A stretch of DNA of 55,677 nt, from IMG/VR virus record IMGVR_UViG_3300046786_000284, positions 1 to 55,677 of that record; one strand, written 5' to 3'. Shown in pieces: positions 7,155-16,981 of this stretch. The notes under the pieces were generated by a model. The model was not told the origin of the DNA. It was given only the letters and a program-made list of their open reading frames with translations, and made no database searches. Within the stretch, counting starts at the first letter, position 1; each line of letters opens with the position of its first letter. This DNA comes from a virus (taxonomy: Duplodnaviria > Caudoviricetes). Both the position numbers and the translations under genes were made by a program.

Positions 7155-9428
7155 GCTATAGTACAAATCTCGAAAATCCAACAAAGATCCGGTAATCTAG
7201 TAGACCTCCCACAGCTTGATGAAGCTGAAATGGGTTGGGCTTCTGATGCCAAGCGACTCTTTATTGGTAAAACAACGCCGAATGAAAACGTTGAAGTATT
7301 AACTTCTTACTCTAACATCAGTTTCAGTCAAGTTGACGGATCATTTGGCAATTTAGATATCTCTAATGCAGTAGTCACAGGTCAAGTGATGGCTTATGAT
7401 AAGGTATCTAATACTTGGATCAATACAGGCGGTAATGCATTAGATCCTGGAAACGCATCATATTTTTCAAATAGTCCGATACACTTAGGAAACGTTGCTA
7501 ACGTTAAAATAGGTGGCGGTGCTATTGGTTATGTACTTGAAACTGACGGTCAAGGTAACTTATCTTGGACTAGTAAGGGTACACTTAGAGCAAACATTTT
7601 AGGTATTACACACGATACTGGTAATGCCAACATTATTCTAGTAACAGTAGCTAATACTACTCCCTATACAAATGGTACTGCTATTACTATCAGCGGTGCT
7701 AATGGTGTTTCGAACACAGTTGTTAACGGCAATACATTCTATGTCAAGGTTGCAAGTGACTTTGCTACTTCTGGTAATGTCAGATTATATTCTGACGTAT
7801 CGTTGACCACTGCGGCAACAAGCACAAACATATCATATACTAACTCTCCAAATGCGTTAGCAATAACTTCATTAGGAAGTTCAGGAGCTGCCGCAGCCGG
7901 TGGTTCAAATACAACAATACAGTTCAACAACAATAACATCTTAGACGGTGATGCTGATTTTACGTATAACTTCAGTACCAATCTATTGACATTGAATGGT
8001 AATGCAAACGTAGCAAACTTAAATTCAAGCGGTGTCGTGACAGCGGCAAATTTAGTATCTAACATTGCTACCGGAACTCCCCCATTAACAGTTACAAGTA
8101 CAACACGTGTAAGTAACTTAAGTGTTGCTTACTCTAACGTTAGTGACTTTGGTGTAACGACAGTTCAAACGACAGGTTCGTTCTTCCCGGTGTTTGTGAA
8201 CTCTAGTGCTACTGGTAATAGGGCATTAGCCGCAAATGCTAATTTAGGATTCAATGCGGCTACTGGTAATCTATCAGCAACTATATTGAATGCTAACGGG
8301 GCAATTGCAGCCGGAACAACTGTAACTGCAACAGGAAACGTAACTGGTTCTAATCTGTTAACAGCGGGTAACGTAACTGCAAGTAGATTAATTTCTAACG
8401 TAGCTACTGGTACTGCTCCACTAACAGTCACAAGTACAACACGTGTAAGTAATTTAAGTGTTGACTATGCTAACGTCAGTGACTTTGGTGTTGTAACTGC
8501 ACAGACAACAGGTACATACTATCCAACTTTCGTAAGTTCTAGTACAACAGGCAACAAAGCATTAAGTGCTAATAGCACCTTCAGTGCTAACTTAGCAAAC
8601 GGTGCATTGATTGCAACTACGTTTGTAGGAGCATTATCAGGCGCAGCCACTAGCGCAACTACAGCAGGTACAGTAACAACTGCGGCACAAGGTAACATCA
8701 CTAGTGTTGGCACATTAACAAGTTTGGGTGTTAACGGCACGATAACTGCTGTTGCAGTTACCGCTAACACAGGTGTGTTTACGGGTAACGGCAGCGGGTT
8801 AAGTGCTATAGCAGGTGCTAACGTAACGGGTACTGTAGCTAATGCAACATATGCAGTGAGTGCTGGTACAGCAGGTACTGTAACTACTGCGGCTCAACCA
8901 AATATTACAAGCGTAAGTACATCATTCACTAGCTTGACGTTTGCTAATGCTCAAACTATCAGTGGCAATAACATGTCATTGACAACCGGAGCAAATACAA
9001 ATGCAGGTACTATTACCGGTAACTGGTCACTAAGTACTGGTTCTAAATTACAAGCAACATATGCTGACTTGGCAGAATACTATGAAGCAGACGCAGAATA
9101 TGAGCCAGGTACTGTTTTAGCATTTGGTGGTGATAAAGAAGTTACAATTGCAGAAGATGGAACTACTAGGGTAGCAGGTGTTGTATCAACTGATCCTGCG
9201 TATGCAATGAACGCAAAATGCCCGGGTATTGCAGTTGCTCTTGCCCTTCAAGGTCGTGTACCAACTAAAGTACGTGGTGTAATTCGTAAGGGCGATATGA
9301 TGGTTAGTGCAGGTAATGGATTTGCAAGACCATGGAACAACCCAGCGATGGGAACAGTTATCGGCAAAGCATTAGAAGACTTTGACGGTGTCGAGGGCAT
9401 CATTGAAGTTGCCGTCGGAAGATTATAA
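7152..9428 (+). CDS. Tail fibre/spike-like protein with C-terminal autoproteolytic-chaperone-like domain
   Basis: Gly/Asn/Thr/Ala beta-repeats. C-terminal YADLAEYY...GVVSTDPAY...ALQGRVP...GTVIGKAL domain, shared with 28943..32563. Confidence 0.75.
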   Translation: MAIVQISKIQQRSGNLVDLPQLDEAEMGWASDAKRLFIGKTTPNENVEVLTSYSNISFSQVDGSFGNLDISNAVVTGQVMAYDKVSNTWINTGGNALDPGNASYFSNSPIHLGNVANVKIGGGAIGYVLETDGQGNLSWTSKGTLRANILGITHDTGNANIILVTVANTTPYTNGTAITISGANGVSNTVVNGNTFYVKVASDFATSGNVRLYSDVSLTTAATSTNISYTNSPNALAITSLGSSGAAAAGGSNTTIQFNNNNILDGDADFTYNFSTNLLTLNGNANVANLNSSGVVTAANLVSNIATGTPPLTVTSTTRVSNLSVAYSNVSDFGVTTVQTTGSFFPVFVNSSATGNRALAANANLGFNAATGNLSATILNANGAIAAGTTVTATGNVTGSNLLTAGNVTASRLISNVATGTAPLTVTSTTRVSNLSVDYANVSDFGVVTAQTTGTYYPTFVSSSTTGNKALSANSTFSANLANGALIATTFVGALSGAATSATTAGTVTTAAQGNITSVGTLTSLGVNGTITAVAVTANTGVFTGNGSGLSAIAGANVTGTVANATYAVSAGTAGTVTTAAQPNITSVSTSFTSLTFANAQTISGNNMSLTTGANTNAGTITGNWSLSTGSKLQATYADLAEYYEADAEYEPGTVLAFGGDKEVTIAEDGTTRVAGVVSTDPAYAMNAKCPGIAVALALQGRVPTKVRGVIRKGDMMVSAGNGFARPWNNPAMGTVIGKALEDFDGVEGIIEVAVGRL

Positions 9429-9441
9429 TTAGGAAAACAAA

Positions 9442-9729
9442 ATGGCATCAGCAATTTATACAGCAAACAGTACAAGTCAATTAACAACAGTCGCTACCAC
9501 TGACAAAGTTCGTATTGCTACAACAACTTCAGCAATTGCTATTGCTGTTGGTAACTCAAGCGTAACAGCTAACTTAACAGCATGTGAAATTATTCCTGCT
9601 AACACAGTAGACAATAGTTTTATTGTTGGTCAGGGTAACTATATAGCATATATTAATGTTGCAGGTACAGCAGGCGCATTCAGCATTACTGGTTTAGGTG
9701 CAACTCATGCTACCACCGGTACTGAATAA
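9442..9729 (+). CDS. Small putative virion protein
   Basis: AGGA SD; Thr/Ala-rich beta-type composition. Confidence 0.6.
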   Translation: MASAIYTANSTSQLTTVATTDKVRIATTTSAIAIAVGNSSVTANLTACEIIPANTVDNSFIVGQGNYIAYINVAGTAGAFSITGLGATHATTGTE

Positions 9730-9740
9730 TACATCTTATA

Positions 9741-9815
9741 GATAAATATATCATACACTCTTAATTCTGAGAGTTTATGCAGTACCCACTGCGTAGCGGC
9801 TAGAACCCGCAACTC
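9741..9815 (+). promoter_or_regulatory. Late promoter plus structured 5' leader (candidate cis-regulatory RNA)
   Basis: GATAAATA at 9741-9748; stems TATGCAGT/ACTGCGTA and GCGG/CCGC, closed by GAGTT/AACTC or alternatively ACTCTTA/TGAGAGT. Confidence 0.55.
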
Positions 9816-9832
9816 ATTAAAAGGAAAATCAA

Positions 9833-11206
9833 ATGGGACGTCCTCTAAAAATAGCGAAAGCTCAAGCAATTTTAACAGTAACTAACACTACTGCTACAAC
9901 AAACATCGTTACAGTTTCTCAAACATTAGCTGATTACGGCATCATCGCAGGTATGCCTTTCGTACCTAGCATTACAACTGGTACAAACTTAGTTGCTGGT
10001 ACAACATATTATGTTTTACAAGTAACAGGTGCATCAACATTCACTGTTTCTGCAACACAATTAAGTGCTAACCCAACATACACTTCGGTTACATTGACTA
10101 CAGGCACAACTGCATCTGCGTTGTCTGTAGGTATTGTTGATTCTGGTTTCATCAATCCAGATGGTTCGAATACAGCTACTAACTCTACTACATACGGTGT
10201 AGTTGGTGGTAACACAGGTATCTACGGTTCACAAGTTCTATGTAATGTAGCATTTGGTGTTAACGGCACAGGTACTGTATTTGCTGCCACAAGTAGCAAC
10301 GTTGTAGTTGGTCTAGGTACTGACTTTGCTAACCTAGCAACTGGCACTCGCTTGTTTGCAATTGATGCAAGTAACAACGTAAATCTATTAGGTACAGGTA
10401 CATCTACAAAAGGTAATTTGACTGTTGCTGTTGCTAACACAACTGCTACTGGTAACGTTATCGGTACAAGTGGTAATGCACAAACATTAACATTAGATAC
10501 ACCAGTTACATTTGATGCTAACACAGGTGGATTAACAACAGGTACAACATACTTTGTTAAGACAATCGCTAACGCCGCGGCATTCACTGTAGCATTGACA
10601 CGTGGTGGTGCACCAGTAGCATTGACTAATGGTACAGATACAGCTAATGCTGTTCAGAACCGTGTTGTTTTAGGTGCAGTTTCTGCTTCTAATGCATCAG
10701 GTCCAACTGGTCTAGGTGATCCATTCATTCAAGCTCTTCCAGAAGCCGGTTACATTGTTCGTCAAAAAGGCAAAACAAAGTATCTAGTTCAAGGTGGTAC
10801 AACAGGTATCTTAGCACAAGCATATACTGCTAACGTTGCTAATACAGCATTGACACCAAATACAATGTCTATCATTTCTACGAATGCCGCATCTGGTACA
10901 AACTACATTTCTTCATTGAATGATTATCAATCTGAAGTGTTCCCTGCTACAGTTGCTGATGGTTCATTGACTATTGGTTCTGTATACACAATTTACAGTT
11001 CAGGTAATACTGCATGGACATCATATGGTGCATCAAGTAACATCACTGGTGTAACATTCACTGCTACATCAGCAGGTGGTAGTGGTACAGGTCTTGCTGT
11101 ATTGGCTAACGTTAACCCAGATGTTATTGCGACATTCGGTACAGCTTATGCGGCAAATACATACGGTGGTCAACCTAACCCAATCGTAACTATTAACAAC
11201 GCTTAA
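9833..11206 (+). CDS. Putative virion structural protein (MGRPLK N-terminus)
   Basis: Late box and strong SD; two copies of a P-x-x-F...G-L-x-x-G-T-T-Y-Y/F-V module; GYIVRQKGKTKYLV. Confidence 0.6.
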   Translation: MGRPLKIAKAQAILTVTNTTATTNIVTVSQTLADYGIIAGMPFVPSITTGTNLVAGTTYYVLQVTGASTFTVSATQLSANPTYTSVTLTTGTTASALSVGIVDSGFINPDGSNTATNSTTYGVVGGNTGIYGSQVLCNVAFGVNGTGTVFAATSSNVVVGLGTDFANLATGTRLFAIDASNNVNLLGTGTSTKGNLTVAVANTTATGNVIGTSGNAQTLTLDTPVTFDANTGGLTTGTTYFVKTIANAAAFTVALTRGGAPVALTNGTDTANAVQNRVVLGAVSASNASGPTGLGDPFIQALPEAGYIVRQKGKTKYLVQGGTTGILAQAYTANVANTALTPNTMSIISTNAASGTNYISSLNDYQSEVFPATVADGSLTIGSVYTIYSSGNTAWTSYGASSNITGVTFTATSAGGSGTGLAVLANVNPDVIATFGTAYAANTYGGQPNPIVTINNA

Positions 11207-11208
11207 TC

Positions 11209-11520
11209 ATGGCAACAGGTAGAACTATTAAAATGCCTAAAACTGAAACAGATATCGCCGTACTTCAAGTTCAAGTTAAAAACATTGAACAAGATGTCAG
11301 CGATATCAAGACTAGTTTGAAAGAGATGCATGTTGAATTAGTACATAACGCAGATGAGACACGAAAAATGTTGAAAGAAATGCGTGAGGAAGATACTACT
11401 GCACACAAAGAACTAGCCTCTAAAATTTCTGCATTAGAAAAGTGGAGATGGATGTTGATGGGCGCTGGCATAGTTCTAGGTTCATTAGGATTCGATATGG
11501 TAGCAAAACTACTGAAATAA
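11209..11520 (+). CDS. Coiled-coil protein with C-terminal TM helix; holin/XhlA-like candidate
   Basis: Heptad coiled coil followed by LEKWRWMLMGAGIVLGSLG. Confidence 0.5.
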   Translation: MATGRTIKMPKTETDIAVLQVQVKNIEQDVSDIKTSLKEMHVELVHNADETRKMLKEMREEDTTAHKELASKISALEKWRWMLMGAGIVLGSLGFDMVAKLLK

Positions 11521-11548
11521 AAAAAAGACAGCTTAGGCTGTCTTTTTT
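11521..11548. terminator. Bidirectional intrinsic terminator
   Basis: AAAAAAGACAGC-TTAG-GCTGTCTTTTTT between convergent genes; the Nudix stop codon lies in the loop. Confidence 0.85.
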
Positions 11549-11949
11549 GTTAGTGCTTCTAGTTTCTCTTGTACAACATCAAAGTTCACTGTGCTGAACA
11601 ATCCTGGATGTAATGGTTTAGGATATTGTCCTTCACCTACCCAAGCATAACCACAATGTTCTTCATTTAATATGGGTGCAAATTCTTCATCTACCTCACA
11701 GAAGAACGTATGATATGTAAACGAGTGGTTAACGAATTTTTGAATAGGGATTAGTTTTGCTTTTTTTGGGAAGTGTTTAAGTTCTTCCTCACATTCTCTA
11801 GCAATACCCTCAAGTAGTGTTTCACCTTCTTCTATCTTTCCACCTGGAATCCCCCAGTTACCTGGGTTCTTACTATCAGTGCGTAATAGATAGAGGTATC
11901 TTTTTGTGTTGACACAATAAAAGAATACCCCTGCGGATGTGTTGCTCAT
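11533..11949 (-). CDS. Nudix hydrolase
   Basis: Nudix box GGKIEEGETLLEGIARECEEEL. Start re-assigned to ATG 11949 (MSNTSAG), 5 nt after GATAAATG. Confidence 0.9.
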   Translation of the reverse strand: MSNTSAGVFFYCVNTKRYLYLLRTDSKNPGNWGIPGGKIEEGETLLEGIARECEEELKHFPKKAKLIPIQKFVNHSFTYHTFFCEVDEEFAPILNEEHCGYAWVGEGQYPKPLHPGLFSTVNFDVVQEKLEALTKKTA

Positions 11950-11966
11950 ACTATCATTTATCCCTA

Positions 11967-13337
11967 TTAGATAACGATAGAATAATCTCCCTGATCGTAC
12001 CAACCTTCATATGATTTCATCCACATAGAATCAGTGAAACGATATTGTACGTTAGTGGTTAGGTTAGTAACATACTCTACAGATGTAGCTGTCTGACTAT
12101 CAAACGCAACTTCCCATGAATTGGTATCAGTGCTATATTCAACAATGTCATTTGCGTTTGCTACTAGACTACCCCATGCAACAGTAGAATCACCTTCAGA
12201 ACCAATAGACTCAACTATCAAATATCTACGACCATTAACTGGTCCCGGTAATCCTGCATTAGGACCTACTAATAGAGGGTTAATAACGCTGTCAACTGGA
12301 TCGAGTGTATTTTGTGGTAATGTATCAGGGTCGATGTTGAATATCAATAGTCTGTCATCAACTGGATCTGGAACAATAGTACCTACGATCTCAGTAGTCA
12401 TAAATGGATTTTGTAACCATATTTGACTAATGCCAGGACGCAATGTCCCGTATACGTTTAATAAACTAGTCCAATACAAGCTTGTATTAGGTGCTGCCGG
12501 CATATCTAAATCTTCATTAGGGGGATTGAATGCTTCATTTGCGGGTAGCAATTGTAAACTATTGCCAATGAGTAATAGTTTGTATCCATATGGTGTAATC
12601 TTTTGACGAGTACCTAACAACAAGTCATCATCTTGAATGTCATCAATCGCTTTGCCTTTATAAATGCTAGCAATAATCTTTTCAATAACACCCATCTTTT
12701 TCAACTTGCTACTTGTGCTCAACCATATTGGTATGTAGAACTTCCATGACATAACATCAATTGGGTTACCTGTTCCTTGCGGAATACTACGACTAGTAAA
12801 TGTAAGACCATCTTGATACACAACGCTCAAGCTTGTCCAGTCAATAAAGTTATCAGTAGATTGAATCTCTAATGATGGATTAAACAATGTTCCTAACTGC
12901 TCAATCAGTTCTAATTTTTGATTATAGTTAGTAGTCCAAAAGTCAACTGTCAAACGCAATGTGTATGGTACAGGCATTAGTCGTTCGATAGTAAATGCTT
13001 GACCTTGCACTTGTTCATACTGCTGTGTCTCTGGATTATATGCACGTTGTCGCACATTGATTCTATCAATAAATGTAGGATCTTGTGTTCTGCGCTGATC
13101 GTATTCTAATGCAGTGATATAATATGTAATCATCGGTGCACTAGGCAAATTACTAGCACTATTGTTAGCTAAGATAGTAGCCGCTTGTCTGCTACTATCA
13201 CCGTACATTATTGGTACACGAACTAAGATATCATTACCTGCAGGATCTTTACCTTTAGTAACTTGCCAATTGCTGAAGATACGTGCAAATTGTAATAAGA
13301 ATCTGCGTATCTGATTATCGTAAAAAAATTGTGCCAT
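11967..13337 (-). CDS. T4 gp15-like tail terminator/sheath stabilizer with C-terminal extension
   Basis: FFYDNQIRRFLLQFARIF, RVPIMYG, MPVPYTL, ELIEQLGTLFNPS fit the gp15 family. Confidence 0.8.
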   Translation of the reverse strand: MAQFFYDNQIRRFLLQFARIFSNWQVTKGKDPAGNDILVRVPIMYGDSSRQAATILANNSASNLPSAPMITYYITALEYDQRRTQDPTFIDRINVRQRAYNPETQQYEQVQGQAFTIERLMPVPYTLRLTVDFWTTNYNQKLELIEQLGTLFNPSLEIQSTDNFIDWTSLSVVYQDGLTFTSRSIPQGTGNPIDVMSWKFYIPIWLSTSSKLKKMGVIEKIIASIYKGKAIDDIQDDDLLLGTRQKITPYGYKLLLIGNSLQLLPANEAFNPPNEDLDMPAAPNTSLYWTSLLNVYGTLRPGISQIWLQNPFMTTEIVGTIVPDPVDDRLLIFNIDPDTLPQNTLDPVDSVINPLLVGPNAGLPGPVNGRRYLIVESIGSEGDSTVAWGSLVANANDIVEYSTDTNSWEVAFDSQTATSVEYVTNLTTNVQYRFTDSMWMKSYEGWYDQGDYSIVI

Positions 13338-15058
13338 TATAGATTAGTTCTCGGTGGTATAGCATCGGGTGCTAAAGTTAATATACTTGACAATGGCTGT
13401 GCTTGAGGTACAGTTGTGCCACTGGTTAATACAGTTGATTGCTCATTATTTATGAAGCCTGACAACTGTGACTTATTTGTTGCGTCAAATGATGTATCTG
13501 TTCTGACGTTCTTAGATACACGAACCCAAAGTTTGCCATCCCAGCGATATAGTAATTGAGGGAAGTAATCAATTCGTAAGAAGTAGTCACCTACTTGAGG
13601 ATTCTGAGGGAATGCAATACCAGCACCTGTCGGGAACCCGTTAGGAGCTTGATCTGTTCCAGTCAAATAACCCGTAGTATAACCAAACGATCTTGGGCTA
13701 CTACGTGCAATATATTGATATGCAGGGTCACAATCTGCTCTAAAGTCCATTTGTGTAGAAACAGTGCCTGTAAAGCCAGGAGCTGTTGGATCTTGGTCAG
13801 CTGTTGCATATGTGTTGTCAGCAGTACCATATGGACCGGTGATGGTACCTAAAGATTGTGCTATAACAATACGATCACCTTGTAATGGACCAGAACCACT
13901 ACCAATTGCTTCTGGTGCAAGCTCTATACTTTCTAAGCTCATTTGCACAAATGCGTCAATTGGATCAGCAGAGAAATCAGAGTCGGCTGTCATATCCCAT
14001 ATGCTTTTTATAGCGGCTTTAGGAATACGAATTACTGGACTAGGATTCTTGTACTTAGGGTTACGCATCATAGCGACTGTACCAGTGACTGTAATTGGTG
14101 CACCGTTTGAGTTAGTATTGATGTTAACCGGTGGAGCAGGTTGATTGTTCTTACCGGATGGTGTGTTGTTCTCAGAGAACTCACCATATGTAGGAACAAT
14201 ATACAATTGGCTTTGATCGTAACCTGCTTTTGGTAGATTGCGTTTTGCCTCGTCCAAATTAGCATCGTTAATCGCAATATTCTTATTGTATGTAGAAAGA
14301 ATATCTTTAAGATTTTGTTCCTCAGTTAACTGCCAATATGTTTCATCAGGTGGATGTGTGCCTGCCGGCACATCAGTTATACTAGTATAATTCTTATCAC
14401 CGTAACTGATAATATATCCTGAAGGATACGGTCTATCTTTATCCCATAATCCAAGATAGTTATCTTGATTAATCGGTTCTTGTAAAATCTGACTAAATTC
14501 TTGACTATCAACTAATGGTTCACATTTAATACGCCATAAATGAGGCATCCAAGTAGGACTAAAACCTTCACTTGCATAATTGCCATCAGTAACTTGGTAG
14601 AATCTCTTTAATGCAGTAGGAATAGTTTCTTTTAATGGATTATAATCTAACAAGTGTGGTAATTCAATAACATCACCAACCATTAATTTACGACCAACTA
14701 AGTCAATCATGTCATTATAGTGAACTGTGATGAAAATAATATCGTTGCTTAGGAATAAACCAAATTGGCTTAAATCAAAATCTAAATTCTGTACATTATA
14801 GTGACCACGCAATCTATAAATGTTTGGGTCATATGTTCTATCTCTATTCTCTAAGAACAATAAATCCTGAATATTAGTTGGGCTTAATTCAGCATATTCA
14901 GGTTGTGTATAATCATTTGACGGGCCTTGATCGGTTGGCCCTAAATATTTATGGACATACAGGTCTGTTGCACCTGCAGTAAACATTTGCGAAATGGTTT
15001 TGTCAAAAAAACGATAATCATTCGTTTTATTAGGGCGGTAAAGGGATAATCTTGGCAT
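13337..15058 (-). CDS. T4 gp14-like neck/head-closure protein with insertions
   Basis: LSQFGLF, GDVIELPH, wRIKCEP core; adjacent to the gp15-like gene; internal CBM-like segment. Confidence 0.7.
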   Translation of the reverse strand: MPRLSLYRPNKTNDYRFFDKTISQMFTAGATDLYVHKYLGPTDQGPSNDYTQPEYAELSPTNIQDLLFLENRDRTYDPNIYRLRGHYNVQNLDFDLSQFGLFLSNDIIFITVHYNDMIDLVGRKLMVGDVIELPHLLDYNPLKETIPTALKRFYQVTDGNYASEGFSPTWMPHLWRIKCEPLVDSQEFSQILQEPINQDNYLGLWDKDRPYPSGYIISYGDKNYTSITDVPAGTHPPDETYWQLTEEQNLKDILSTYNKNIAINDANLDEAKRNLPKAGYDQSQLYIVPTYGEFSENNTPSGKNNQPAPPVNINTNSNGAPITVTGTVAMMRNPKYKNPSPVIRIPKAAIKSIWDMTADSDFSADPIDAFVQMSLESIELAPEAIGSGSGPLQGDRIVIAQSLGTITGPYGTADNTYATADQDPTAPGFTGTVSTQMDFRADCDPAYQYIARSSPRSFGYTTGYLTGTDQAPNGFPTGAGIAFPQNPQVGDYFLRIDYFPQLLYRWDGKLWVRVSKNVRTDTSFDATNKSQLSGFINNEQSTVLTSGTTVPQAQPLSSILTLAPDAIPPRTNL

Positions 15059-15063
15059 ATACT

Positions 15064-15071
15064 TATTTATC
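15064..15071 (-). promoter_or_regulatory. Late promoter for the neck operon
   Basis: GATAAATA on the minus strand, 5 nt before ATG 15058. Confidence 0.65.
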
Positions 15072-15088
15072 GCTACATGCCCAAGAAC

Positions 15089-15117
15089 TTGACAATATAT
15101 AGATGTTGTGTTATACT
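15089..15117 (+). promoter_or_regulatory. Strong sigma70-type early promoter
   Basis: TTGACA-N17-TATACT with extended -10 TG; AAGGAG SD downstream. Confidence 0.85.
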
Positions 15118-15144
15118 TGATAAATCATTGTAAAGGAGCACCTC

Positions 15145-16332
15145 ATGGCTACACGTAAACGCAATACAGAAGATCATTCACAAGTCAAAGCATTGAACCC
15201 AAAAAACCCTGATACTAAGTATATGGGTGACGAACCACTGTATGTCATTCAGCCTCCCAATGAGGGTCGTATTTCAGCACTTTCTAATGGTTTCAGTTGG
15301 TATAACTGGTTTTACAGTAAGAAAGATGCAAAAGAACTCATGTGTCAGTTCTTAGAATTAAACAAGCGCACACAAGAAGCCAAAACAATGCGAAAAGTCG
15401 CTGATGGTGAGTTTGTCAATACTTACTGTTGGCTTGCACGTATGAAGTTGCGTGGATTGGAAACTACTGAAACCGAAGAAACAAAACTTGAAAATGAAAT
15501 TTCTCGTCTATTGAAGACACACACTGCACCTGAAGCTAAAGAAGCTAGCGCAACTGGTGGTGCGAAGAAAGAAGCGGTAGTGGTTGAAGTGTCTCGTCCA
15601 AACATTCAGGACATTCTGCGTGACAAGGCAAAAGATGCCGCAGGTGAACTTGAAGGTGTGTTTGATGAATTTGTTACTGAAGGTAAAACAAAGACAAAGA
15701 CAATGGATGTTGTCGCTAAATTTAATGTGATGCCACAACACATTAGTTTGATTTCTGATGTTTGGAAGAAGAAACAAACTGAATTTGCAGACTTGCAGGA
15801 GGGCAAAGACAAGCAATTAATTGAGGGCTATAGTCACCTCAACAAGATTCAGGTTAGAAATACTGTAAAATTCATTGAACAAGTATTGACTGATTTGAAC
15901 GCATACATTAGTGTCAAGAAAGCAAGCAAGGCACCTCGTCAGCGCAAAGCAGTGCCTGTTGAAAAGATTGTGGCTAAATTGAAATACTTGAAAGTGTTTA
16001 AAGATGTTGCCGCAAAACTTGACTTGGTGTCTATCAGTCCTGTAAAATTACATGGTGCAAGTGAAGCATGGGCATATGATACTGCAAAGCGCAAACTGCA
16101 TCACTATATTGCCGATGACTATAGCAAAACATTTACTGTAAAAGGTAATACACTATTGGGCTTTGATACAACTAAGTCCGAAGTTAAAACTCTGCGTAAG
16201 CCGAGTGAACAAATTAAAGAAGTTATGGGAAGCAAGCCCGCGGCTCGTAAGTACTTTAGTGATATTAAAGCAGTTGCAACAACACCAAATGGACGCTTTA
16301 ATGAAAGCATGATTATTTTGAAAGCATTTTAA
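15145..16332 (+). CDS. Conserved hypothetical (early) protein
   Basis: 395-aa Lys-rich ORF with a good SD; C-terminal VKGNTLLGFD...KTLRKP...GRFNE...ILKAF resembles conserved T4-like phage proteins; function not recognised. Confidence 0.7.
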   Translation: MATRKRNTEDHSQVKALNPKNPDTKYMGDEPLYVIQPPNEGRISALSNGFSWYNWFYSKKDAKELMCQFLELNKRTQEAKTMRKVADGEFVNTYCWLARMKLRGLETTETEETKLENEISRLLKTHTAPEAKEASATGGAKKEAVVVEVSRPNIQDILRDKAKDAAGELEGVFDEFVTEGKTKTKTMDVVAKFNVMPQHISLISDVWKKKQTEFADLQEGKDKQLIEGYSHLNKIQVRNTVKFIEQVLTDLNAYISVKKASKAPRQRKAVPVEKIVAKLKYLKVFKDVAAKLDLVSISPVKLHGASEAWAYDTAKRKLHHYIADDYSKTFTVKGNTLLGFDTTKSEVKTLRKPSEQIKEVMGSKPAARKYFSDIKAVATTPNGRFNESMIILKAF

Positions 16333-16769
16333 TGAGTAATATTGATTTAAACAAATACAAAGATTTTGTAGAAGCTGTAACCAGCAAAGCAAGCAATGAC
16401 TTGACTACATTCCATAATCGTTTAGACGATTTAGATAGTAATTATGATCCAACGACTGGGGTAGCAGGTCCTGATATTAACGTACCTTTGCTACTTACAG
16501 CTTGTCTAGGATTAGCGGCTGAGGGTGGCGAGTTTATCGAAGTGCCCAAGAAAATCTTTTTTCAAGGTAAACCACTGACCGATGCTGAGGTCTTTCACTT
16601 GAAACGTGAGCTAGGGGATGTCATGTGGTATTGGATCAATGCTTGTCGTGCTTTGAATCTTGATCCAAACGAAGTCATTGACGAAAATGTGCGTAAATTA
16701 GAAAACCGTTATCCCGGTGGTAAGTTTGATGCACACTATTCAGAAAATCGCAAAGAAGGCGATATCTGA
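16332..16769 (+). CDS. MazG-like nucleotide pyrophosphohydrolase
   Basis: GLAAEGGEFIE, RELGDVMWY, ENVRKLENRYP. Confidence 0.85.
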   Translation: MSNIDLNKYKDFVEAVTSKASNDLTTFHNRLDDLDSNYDPTTGVAGPDINVPLLLTACLGLAAEGGEFIEVPKKIFFQGKPLTDAEVFHLKRELGDVMWYWINACRALNLDPNEVIDENVRKLENRYPGGKFDAHYSENRKEGDI

Positions 16770-16789
16770 GCGTTAATGGGGCAGCCTAT

Positions 16790-16981
16790 TTGCAACACGG
16801 TGTTGCTAGAAAGATCATAGTGTCTCCTTGGCGTAAGTGGTTCGCATGGCGCCCCGTAACTGTACACGGTAATAGAGTTTGGCTCAAGACCGTGTACCGA
16901 CGCAAAATAAACACATATGTTGACATGGAAGATTGGGCTAGATATGAGTATGGCACCATCTTTGATGTGTTGACAGAATAA
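16790..16981 (+). CDS. Small hypothetical phage protein
   Basis: WRKWFAWRPV...VWLKTVYRR pattern typical of small phage ORFs; start (TTG) uncertain. Confidence 0.55.
   Translation: MQHGVARKIIVSPWRKWFAWRPVTVHGNRVWLKTVYRRKINTYVDMEDWARYEYGTIFDVLTE

Noticed and set aside
7739-8770. Minus-strand ORFs antisense to the fibre and other structural genes (also within 29233-31929, 46083-48419 and similar)
   Set aside because: Shadow ORFs caused by codon bias of Thr/Ala/Gly/Val-rich sense genes; no SD, promoter or recognisable motifs.
9796-9810. preQ1 riboswitch-like GGTTCTAGC on the minus strand
   Set aside because: Wrong strand for the adjacent gene, and no A-rich tail or matching P1 geometry.
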